A stretch of DNA of 64,000 nt from Hormiphora californensis (taxonomy: Eukaryota > Animalia > Ctenophora). Shown here piece by piece: positions 53,887-64,000 of this stretch. The notes under the pieces are model-generated. The model was not told the origin of the DNA. It saw only the letters and a list, made by a program, of their open reading frames with translations, and made no database searches. The stretch covers positions 5,580,001 to 5,644,000 of the forward strand of contig CM035360.1 in the NCBI GenBank assembly GCA_020137815.1, read 5' to 3'. A program made the position numbers and the translations under genes. Numbering within the stretch: the stretch's first letter is position 1; every line of letters begins with the position of its first letter.

Positions 53887-56498
53887 TCACTTCGTGCCCG
53901 ATATAGATAGTCGCCGGCAGTATACTTTAAAATGCTTGTTGGTGGTTACATAAATGAATGGGTTGCACACCGTGTTGAGTAGCATCGCACATTGCTGGAA
54001 AGGAGTTAGTGGTAACTTGATGTATGGATCAAGTGAAATAACAATTTTCTGTATAACAAACAACCCGCCGGGTGTGAATGATACACAGCAGCTCTCATCT
54101 AGTACAGCAGCTCTCATCTAGTACTAATTACCTGAGCGGTCCAAAGTCGGTGTGGAACAATTGCGCCTCCTCCCACGATATTACCGTAGAGGCTTGTGAA
54201 GAGGCCCGGTAGCACAGACATCATAAACAACCCTGAGTGACGTAGTTGGCTTGTTGTAGTGTATACTGAGTTTGTAGAGAGCTCCTCTACTCTTTATCTT
54301 GTCTACGTCTAGTGTATCCTTTTTTCTTTCTTTTTTTCTTCTCTTCCCTCTCTCTCCAGATTATTCATGGTACAGTCGGACCCCGATTTAGGGACACCCT
54401 CGGGGGAAAGGGTCTTGTCCACTAAATCGGGGTGTCCACTAAATCGGGGTGAGCCATATTTGGCCCATAAAAACCTATTTTATGCCCAAAATGCTATATT
54501 ATTAAGACTAAAGACACCTCTAACTGCTATATGCAATATTCATGTATGACATCATCATTTCTGATTAGAAATAGAAAAATATAAAATAGTTTTTTTTTCA
54601 AAAAAATGTGAAAAATTTTCTAAGTTATACCAGCCCGTCCGATTTGTGTTTCGAATCGGTGCAGCTTACTGGATGTTCTGTCTAATTAGTGGATTCGAAA
54701 CGAACCGATACGTGATACCATGCCGAATCGGGGCACCCTAAGCGGGTGAGGAAGTATCAAAATTTCAAAATAACTTTTTCTCTCAAAATTTATGGGGAGC
54801 ACCGATCAAAGCATTGACAATCGTACTGTAAAATTTTGCAAAAATGTTTTAAAATTTTTTAAAGGTATACCAGCCACGTCCGAATCGTGTTTCGAATCGG
54901 TGCATCTTATCGCATGTCCTGCTGCTAATTAGACGGTTCGGAACGAATCGAAACGTGATCCCCATCGAATCGAAATTTTGACGCTTGGTGAACTTGTGAT
55001 TCAATGGCCCCATGGGGATCACGTATCGGTTCGTTCCGAACCGTCTAATTAGCAGCAGGACATGCGATAAGATTCACTGATTCGAAACACGATTCGGACG
55101 TGGCTGGTATCTTTTTGAAAAATTTTCAAAAAAAATTCAAAAAATTTTTGGGGGAAAAATATCCTGTCCGTAAATCGGGGTGCCACTAAATCGGGGCCCC
55201 TAAATCGGGGCCCGACTGTATTGATATACATAATAAAATCGGTACAAAACTCAAAACATTGTTTTAAAAAACAACGCTTACCTACTACGAAGGAAACAGT
55301 AAGAGGTGCCCTCCACGCATTATAATCCCTCCCAGAGTGTGTCATCTTGCTCCTACAGTGTCTCTTATTAGCCCTCATGGCCTCCCTCAGTATCACCAGG
55401 TAGAGGAGGGTGACAAGGGAGAGGGGCAGGAAGGCGTAGGTAACTGCAAACCCGGTAGCAATGTACCCGTGTAGACTGTCGACTGGAACGTATCTGTAAC
55501 GGGTGGTATTGTTGTTATTGAGAGTGAATTGGGCAATGGGCAACTGGGTGTTATTATTGAAATTGGGAAGAAGTTCTGATCTGTGCGAATGTAACTAGTG
55601 CTTTCAAAGTTGTATACTTCAGTGACAGAACTTGACACAAACATTGAAAGGTACCCCGAGATTACACAGATATGACAGAATGAGTGTCCTAACTACTTAC
55701 TCAATACAGCAAGTTAGGCTCTCGGGGTAGAATAGGACATCACTGAGTCCACACATTACTAAGAAAGGGGGCACTGCACACGTCAAGCATATCATGAGAA
55801 CAACGTAACTGGAACCCGATTCGGTGATAAAAAATCTGAAAAAAGAAGAGATATTAATTGATCATATATTGTTTCACTGTCAGAACTTGGAATCTAATGT
55901 TTGGAGATTGAACTCAAGTTCTAAAATCATAACACTAACATTTCCTAGTTACCGCAAACAAAGAAGTATTACCTGAGAGGGTATTTTATGTCGTAGAACT
56001 TCTGAAGTGAAATCACAGCAATAATCCAGATCTCAATTAACATCAGCCAGGCCTGCATTAGTGCTGTAGAAATGCACATCGCCTCTCCTAGCATCCACTT
56101 TTCTGGGGTAGATTGAAGTTTTTCAAAAAAAAATGTACTATGAGGTAATTCCTAATATGATAATTAAGATAAGTTAAGATCACTAAAAAACGGAAATAAA
56201 TATTCGATGGTGATTTAGAATTTAAATTATTTTTCTCACCTGATACAACCGTGATAAGCATGGGGAGTGTGACTACAGGGTTGATAAGAAGATCCGTGAC
56301 TGACAGGTAGAGAAGCAACCGCCGAACTGTGCTACCTATCTTCTCTATCCTGTTCTCTCTGGTATAGACCAGGACTATCAAGTTTCCTGAAACAATCACG
56401 TCACATAAACTTTCTCTCACTTATTGATGTCACGTTCACTTATTGAAGTCACGTTCACTTATTGACGTCACGTTCATACTTCATATTTTATCATCCTT

Positions 56499-56586
<88 letters not shown>

Positions 56587-56641
56587 CTCCTCTCTCTCTC
56601 TCTGTCTCTCTCTTCTCTGTCTCTCTCTCTCTCTTCTCTCT

Positions 56642-56705
<64 letters not shown>

Positions 56706-56790
56706 ACTTCTTACCTGCAACTGAGAACAAAAGGACACATGACAAAAAGATGGCTATTGAAATCTTGACGCTGGATGATAGGGACAACTC
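53887..56790 (-). CDS. Rhodopsin-class (class A) GPCR, multi-exon; N-terminus lost in low-quality sequence
   Basis: TM1 IAIFLSCVLLFSVA|GNLIVL; TM2 LLYLSVTDLL; WMLGEAMC; TM3 IIAVISLQKFYDIKYPL; TM5 FLPLSLVTLLYLVIL; TM6 TVSFVVGLFMMSVLP; TM7 NTVCNPFIY. Confidence 0.85.
54373..55218. mobile_element. Long member of the CAGTCGG MITE family in a GPCR intron
   Basis: Ends are TA|CAGTCGGACCCCGATTTA and TAAATCGGGGCCCGACTG|TA, with internal direct and inverted repeats. Confidence 0.85.
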
Positions 56791-56799
56791 GCTTTGGAG

Positions 56800-59700
56800 G
56801 GACTTTACAACCCTTTTTTTGGGGGTTTGGGGGGGAAAAAAGGGGGGAAATTTGAACCCTTATTTTGATGGAAAGATCACAAAAGGGGGTTTTTTTTTTA
56901 AATTTTATTTGAAAAAAAATCCCCGGGGGGGTTTTGAAAAAGTGGGGTGGGAAAGGGGTTTTTAAAAATTCTGGGGGGTTTTAAAAGGGTTTCCCCCCTT
57001 CCCTCCCCCCCTTTTTTGGAAAAAAGGGGGGGAAAACAGTTTTGGTTTGGGTACTAAATCATTAAAAAAAAAACTTCTTTATAAGGACAAAAAAAGTAAA
57101 AAAAAAAATTTTAAAAAACCTCTCTTTTTTTTTCCGTTTTGGGAAATTTCTCAAATTTTTCTTTTTTTCTTTTTTATTTCTTTTCTCCCTTCTCTCTCTC
57201 TCTCTCTCTTTTCTCTCTCTCTCCCCCCCCCTTGGCCCCTTCCCTCTCTCTCCTCTCTTTTCCTTCTTTTCTCTTTCCCCTCTCTCTTTTTTTTCTCTCT
57301 CCCCCCTTTTTTCCTTTTTTCCCCCCCCCCTTTTCATTCAAAAATTTTAAAATTCCTTCTTCACTCCAAAAAACAACCCAAAAGGCTTGAAATTAAATTT
57401 TGGGGGGACCGCTTTGAAATAAAAAACGGAAAAGGGGTTTTTTAAAAACCAAACAAAAAAAGCACTTTTTTTTTTAAATTTTTTGGTTTTTGGTTTTTTT
57501 TTTTTTTGGGGGGGCCCCAAAAACCCCCCCCTTTTAGGGGAAATTTTAAGTTTAAAGTTTTTAACCCCAAAGGGAAAAAAATTTTTTTTTTTGGGGGGTT
57601 TTTTTAAAAAAACCCCCCCGGGGCCCCCGGGGTTTCCCCCCCCAAAAAATTTGGTTTTTCCCCGGGGCCCCCCCCCAAAAAAAAAAGGGGGGGAAAAAAA
57701 AAAAAGGGGGGGGGGGGGGGCCCCCCCCCAAAAAAACCCCGGAAAAACCAAGCCCCCCCGGGGGGCCCCCGGGGGGAAAAAAAAAAGGGGGGGGGGGAAA
57801 AAAAAAAAAAGGGAAAGGGAACCCCCTTTTTTTTTTTTTTTTTTTTTTAAAAAAATTTTTTCCCCCCCCCCCCAAAACCCCCCCCCCCCCCCCTTTTTTT
57901 TTAAAAAAGGTTTTTTCCCCAAATTTTCCCGGGGGGGAAAAAATTTTTTTTCCCCCAAAAAAAAATTCCAACCCGGGGGCCCCCCGGGGAAAAAAAAAAA
58001 AAAAAAAGGGGGTTTTAAAATCTTTAAAAAAAAAAAAATTTGGGGGGGGTTTTTGGGGAAAAAAGGGCCCAAAAAATTTCCCCCCAAAACCCCAAACCCC
58101 CCAAAACCCCCCCCCAAAGAAAAAGGAAAAGGGCCCCCAAAAAAACCCCCAAAAAACCCGAAAATTTTAAAAAAACCCCCCCCCCCCTTTTTTTTCCCAA
58201 AAAAAAACCTTGGGGGCCCCAAAAAAAAAAAAAACCCCCCCCCCCCCCTTTTTTTCCAAACCCCAAAAAAATTTTTAAAGGGGGGGCCCCTTTTGGAAAA
58301 AAAAAACCCCCTTTGGGGAAAAAAAAGGGGGAAAAAAACCCCCCCCCCCAAAAAAAAAACCCAAAAACCCCCTTAAAAAAATTTAAAAAAGGGTTTGGGG
58401 GAAAAAAAAAGGGGGGGGGAAAAAAAAAAGGGGGGGAAAAAAAAAAAAGGGGGGGGGGCCCCGGGAAAATTTAAAAAAAAAACCCCCCCCCCCTTTTTTT
58501 AAAAAAAAGGGGGGCCCCGGGCCCAAAAAGGGGGGGGCCGGAAGGGGGTTTTCCCAAAAAAAAAATTTCCCTTGGGTTCCCCCCGGGGCCCCCCAAAAAA
58601 AAAAATTTGGGGGGGGGCCCCCCAAAAATTTAAAACCCCCCAAAAAAAAAAATTTTTAAAAAAAAAAAAGCCCCCGGGGGGGAAAGGCCCCCAAAAAAAA
58701 AAAAAAAAAAGGGGGGGGGGGGGAAAAAAAAAAAAAAAAAAAAAACCCCCCAAAAAAAACCCCCCAAAAAAGGGAAAAAGGAAAAAAAAGGGAAAAAGGG
58801 GGAAAAATAAAAAAAAAAAGGGGAAAAAAAAACCCCAAAAAAAAAAAAAAATTTTAAAAAAAATAGCAAGAAAAAAAAAAGGGGAAAAAAAAAACCCCCA
58901 AAAAGGGCCCCCCCCCCCAAAAAAAAACCCCCCCCCCCCCCCCCCGGGGGGGAAGCCCCCCCCCCAAAAAATTTTTAAAAAAAAAACCCCCCCCCCCCCG
59001 GGGTTTCCCCCCCCCCAAAAACCCGGGCCCCCCCCAAAACCCCCCCTTCAAAAACCCCCCAAAAACCCCCCCCCAAAAAACCCCCTTTCCCCCCCCCCCC
59101 AAACCCAAACCCCCAAAAAAAAAACCCCCCCCCCCCAAAAATTTTAAAAAAACCCCCCCCCGGGCCAAATTTAAAAAAAAAAAAAACCCCCCCCAAAAAA
59201 AAAAGGGCCCCGGGGGAACCCCCCCCCAAAAAAAAAACCCCCAAAAAACCCCCCCCAAACCCAAAAGAAAAAAAAAAGGGGGGGCCCCCTAAAAAAACCC
59301 CCCCCCCAAAAAATTCCCCCCCCCCAAAAAAACCAAAAAAAAACCCCCCCCCGGGGCCCCTTTTCCCGGGGGGAAAAAAAAAAAGGGGGGGGGGGGAAAA
59401 AAAAGGGCCCCCCCGGGGGGGAAAAAAAAAAGGGGGAAAAAACCGGGGGAAAAGGGGGGAAAAAAAAGGGGGGGAAAAAAATTTTTTAAAAAAAAGGGGG
59501 GGGGGGGAAAAAAAAAACCCCCCCCAAAAGGGAAAAAAAAACCCCCTTTAAAAAAAAGGTAAAAAAGGGGGGGGAAAAAAAAAACCCCAAAAAAAAAAAA
59601 AGGGGCCCAAAAAAACCCCAAAAGGTTTTCCAAACCCCCCCCCCCCCCAAAAAAAACCCCCCGGGGGAAAGGGAAAACCAAAAAAAAAAAACCCCCCCCC

Positions 59701-62700
59701 CAAAAAATAAAAAAAAGGGGGGGGGGGGGGGGGGGAAAAAGGGGGTTTTCCCAAAAAAAAAATTTTTTGGGAAAAAAAACCCCCCCCCGGGGGTTTCAAA
59801 CGGGGCCCCCTTTTTGGGAAAAATTGGGATTTCCCCAAATTAAAAAAAAAAAAGGGAAAAAGGGGGCCCCGGGGCCCCCCCCCCGGGCCCCAAAAAAATT
59901 GAAAAAAAAAAAACCCCAAAAAACCCCTGGGAAAAAAAAAAAAAAAACCCCCGGGGCCCCAAAAAACCCCAAAAAAAAAAAAAAAAATTTTTTTTAAAAA
60001 AAAATTCCCCAAATTTAAAAAACCCCCCCTTTTTTTCCCAAAAAAAAAAATTTTTTTAAAAGGGAAAAAAAAACCCCCCCCAAAAAAACCCCAAAAAAGG
60101 GGGCCCCAAAAAAAACTGAGGGAAAAAACCAGGTCAGGGGGGTTTTCCGGAATTAAAAAATTTACACGTTGGGAAAAAACGGGAGGTGTTCCCCCGGGAA
60201 TTTTGGGGGACATCTTTGCTGTTTAAATTGAGCCCTCAAAGCAAATGATAGAGAAACGCCGCTGCTAGTGATAAATTTTTTACGGGCTCTCCCTCCCCCT
60301 CATAAAACAAAAAGCCGCAACCGGGGGGGTAACCAGGGCATTTAGTCTGGAAACTTCCCAAGTTGCTTCTGGGAAACACAAAAACACCGAGGAAAATACT
60401 CGTGTGGGTGACTGAACGCAAAAACCCAATTTCTTTTGAAAACCCTGTTGGTTTTTTTAAATATTTCTGAATTTCGAGGTTTTCCGAGATTCACCCAAAA
60501 AATTTTAAAGGGGCCCATTCCCCCTTTCCAAAAAAAATAAAAGGGAAGCCCATGCCCGAGGTAAAAAGCTCATTGCCGGTTTCCTCAATGAAAGCTACTT
60601 TTCCGAACGGTTTTTTGTGTGGGTGACCCTTAAAAGGAGGAATTTTAACCCGGGTGAAATAAATGGATCTGTCGTTTGACTACACCGCAGTGGGCGAATG
60701 GATTGCGCAAAGATTTTAAAACTATCAAAAATTTTGGAAATTGAACGTTTTCTCTGGAAACCCCGTTTCCCCTTTTTAACCAAAACGGGGGATTTCCCTG
60801 GCCCCAAATCACCGAGGGGGGAACCCCTTTGGGGCCCACCTTTGACCCAAACCCCCAGGCCCGATACAAACCAACCGCCCATGAAAAGAAAGGTTTTTAA
60901 AAAGAACCCCTTTTAAGGGGGACGCATTTTTATGCAAAGCCCCAAAGGGAATTTAAAAAAGTATCCTGGCTCTCAGCAATGAAACTATGGAACTCAATTT
61001 AAAGGGGTAGTTGGGGGTCTTTAAAAAGGCCCCGCTGACATCAAAGTGCCTCTCAAAAAGAGAACCCCAATCAAAAGAAGTTTAAAAAGAAAAAAAACAT
61101 CCAAAAAAACCAGGTTTAGGGCATTGTTTAAACCCCCAGGAAATTGGGTGAACAGAATTTTCCCCAAAAAGCGGGGAGGAATCCTCGGGGAAAGATAAGG
61201 GTCCCAATCTTTTTTCAACGAAGGGAAAGGGTCACAGGGAAAGGGTTTGGTTTAAGAAACACTAAGAGACCCCTGCGCAGAGAAAACCCCCCAAGAATCG
61301 ATTTATGGTAACATTGCTGGAAAAAAACCCCAAGACGTTTAAAAAGCTTTGCACCCCGGAGAACAAAACTGGAAGGGTTTTTTCATGAAAAAAATTTGTA
61401 AGTTCTTCAAAAAACTCTACCGGGCCCAAACCCGCCCCCTTTTTTCCCGCCCCCTATTCAGGAAAGAACAAGCCATGTGCGGGAAAACAAAAAATGTGAA
61501 AAAACCCTACCCGAAAAATTTTAGACCCCAAAACCCTTAAAGGGATGTTACAACAGGAAAAAAGTGGCCCGGGGGTTTTTAAAAGGGGACTCAAAGGGCG
61601 GGAAAAAAACGTTGGCTGAGGATCAAATGCCAATGAGTTCCCGAAAGCAAACAGTTTAAAAAAGTCATGGGGGGGCGACAGCCAATTGTTTAACCCAAAG
61701 TCTCCCCGAATCAGGCATCCTTTGGGAAAAATCACTGTAAAACCCCCTTTTATAAGAAAGGGGTTTTTAGGTTTTGATCCCCCAACAACCCACAGGGCCG
61801 TGGCCCTGGCAAGCAACCCTTTGGAAAAACTATTCTCTGGGGCCCCTTTTGGATGACTCAAAGGATTTCCCGCTCCAATTTAAATACCCGGGTTACCAAA
61901 TCAACTAGGTTTCTGCAAAGGAGCGCAAACCGCTGGCCCCTGTTTTTACGTGAAAAAAAAACCCTAGATAAGAAGTCCAGCAGAAAAACTCGCCTCATCC
62001 CGGATTTGTGGATTACTCCCAAAACATTTTATACCGGGTGGGGGGGGAGGCCCTTTCTGTATAAACTCTATCAATACGGCGTGCGGGGGGTCGGTTTTCG
62101 GGTGTGCTCAAGGACATGTATACGGGTCCTCAGCCAGAAATTTTAAAATCCTGGGGAAGCCACAGAGACTATAGAGGTTAAAAATCGGTACCCAGCAAGG
62201 GGCACCCCTAAGTCCGGAAAATTTTTCAAGATTTTTGTGCACGGGGCTTTTCAGGAAAAAACCTTTAAAAAGGGAGGGGGGATCTTCATCACCATCCCTG
62301 GCAGGGAAAAATATTTCCACCTCCTTTGGGTGATGATTTTGGTTTTGGGGGCTCTAAAAAAAATTTCCCGCCTCCCAAAGACTCATCGATTAATTTGAGG
62401 AAAAACTGCGAGGATGGGGTCTCTCAGTTAACCTCAAGAAAAAAAAGTAATGGGATTAAAAAAATCGGCTGTCAAAAATGAAAAAAAATGAAGGCTTTAT
62501 ATTTAAAAAGGGGGGGAGAAACCTCCCCAAAAAAAGTTTTTGTACCTGGGTTTTAACATTCACTCTTAAAAGGATCTTTTAAGCTGGGAAAGAAGCAAGC
62601 CCCAAAGGGAAAAAAAACCCCCCCAGAATGTGTTTTTCTATAAAAAAAAAACAGATTTTAATTCTCGGCAATAAGCCCCCCCCCACAGCTCTGAAACTTT

Positions 62701-64000
62701 TTGGAACTCACTTTTCCTCCCCCTTTCTATACTGCTTTGCAAGTGGGCTCCCGCACCCCCCTTGGAAATCAGTTTTTTAGCAAAGACTCAATGGGGCCTG
62801 AAGATCATAGCAAATCCCCCCTGGAGGAATGGGATCTATCATTTTTGCAAGATGGCCTTTGGGGGAAAAACACCGGGCCTCCAATTTGCGGTGTGGGGGG
62901 GATTGGGGGGCGCCCCCCTCTGCATGGCCCCTAGGGGAAAAAAAGCCTTAAGTATATAAACCCCAACAAAGACATGGAAACTTGACACCCTGATTACTCC
63001 CCCCCCGTTAGTGGTTTATTTTCTGAAGGGAAGAAAAACTGGGGCTTGGGCTGGGTCACACAAAATATAGCCATGAGCCGTTTTCAAAAGGAAGGGCACG
63101 TTCACCCCCCATTGGGGAACCCGGGGATCGCAATTTCTAACAAGGGGATGGAGTTTTCCCCTGTTGGTTAAAACATCATTTCTATCAAGAAGAAAATTTT
63201 CTTGACCCGAAAAAGACCCATCTAAATGGATAGAAGATTTAGATCAGTGCTTTACTCGTTAAAATCGAAGTGGGGAAGGCCCAAAAAAAAATACAGGGGA
63301 AAGTTTCAAGGGGGAGGACACATGATTAAAAAAAGGCCCCTGCCATCTGCCCCCACAGGGAAAAAAAATTTTTTAAAAAGAGAAAAACAAAAGGGAAAAA
63401 AACCCCAAAACCACAAAAACCAAAACCCAAAAAAAAAAAACAAGGGGCGGGAAGGAAGGGGCTTAAGGACCCAAAAAAAAGGGGGGAAAATGCAGGGGGG
63501 GGCCCGAAAGGGGGGAAAAACAAAAAGGGGGGGGGAGGGGGAAAGGGGGGTGAGGGGAAAGGGGGGGGGAAAAACCCCAAAAGGAAAAACCCCGGGGAAC
63601 CTTGTGTTTTTCAAAAAAACGGGGGGGCGGGGGGGGGGAAAAAGAGGGGGAAGCCGGGGAAAATTAGGAGGGGCCCGAGCCCGGGAAGGGCCCCCGGGAG
63701 GGGAAAATGGGCGAAAGGGGAGGGTTTTTCAAAGAATTTGGGAGGGGGCCCAAAAAATCCAAAAAAATTTAAATTAAAAAACCACCCCAAAAAACAAAAA
63801 AACAAACAAACCCACCCCCAAAAAAAAACCCAAAAAAAAAAAAAAAAAAACCAAAAAAAAAAAAAAACCAAAAAAACCATAAAAAAAAAAATAAAAAACC
63901 CAAAAAAAAAAACAAAAAAACCTTTTTTTTTTCCAATTAAAAAACACAAAAAACAACCAAAAAAACCCCAAATTTTAAAAAAAACCAAAAAAATTTAAAA
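56800..64000. other. Low-quality homopolymer-inflated sequence; 60200-63250 is less corrupted
   Basis: Runs of A/C/G/T dominate and the long ORFs there are poly-K/P/G/F artefacts. Confidence 0.9.

Noticed and set aside
56800-60200. Long overlapping K/P/G/F-rich ORFs (up to 334 aa)
   Set aside because: Homopolymer-inflated sequence lacks stop codons by composition. These are artefacts, as are those at 11500-12590 and 63250-64000.
60200-63250. Possible corrupted LINE reverse transcriptase (GATGACTCAAAG, 'DDSK', near 61852)
   Set aside because: Too error-ridden to reconstruct a frame, so it cannot be supported without a frameshift-aware search.

Overview
This is an intron-rich animal genomic window, probably a cydippid ctenophore (inferred from gene structures and repeat families; not database-checked). 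Genes reconstructed by hand across GT-AG introns: WRAP73/WDR8 (+, 5' end outside the window), carrying two nested antisense genes (a secreted Cys-rich protein and a frameshifted MFS transporter); a CCDC42/CCDC197-family gene (-); a co-oriented + strand run of histone H2B, survivin/BIRC5-like, C1D and CCDC6 (with a nested antisense MATH-BTB gene); a BTB-BACK serine-enriched protein; a 4-finger C2H2 factor; and a rhodopsin-class GPCR (-). Mobile DNA: a 5'-truncated CRE-type RT-RLE retrotransposon with poly(A) and an 8-bp TSD, two copies of a TTAA-flanked foldback element, several TA-flanked MITEs and a PHD/CCCH ORF1 remnant. Regions 11.5-12.6 kb and 56.8-64 kb are homopolymer-inflated low-quality sequence, so frameshifts elsewhere may also be assembly errors. 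Main observations: intronic 21-22-bp minisatellites built on RFX X-box motifs; recurrent tandem duplication of splice junctions; an RRP1B-like cassette exon in survivin; two poly(A)/TSD insertions about 30 bp apart in a duplicated unit; and an operon-like gene run with AG acceptors next to start codons.
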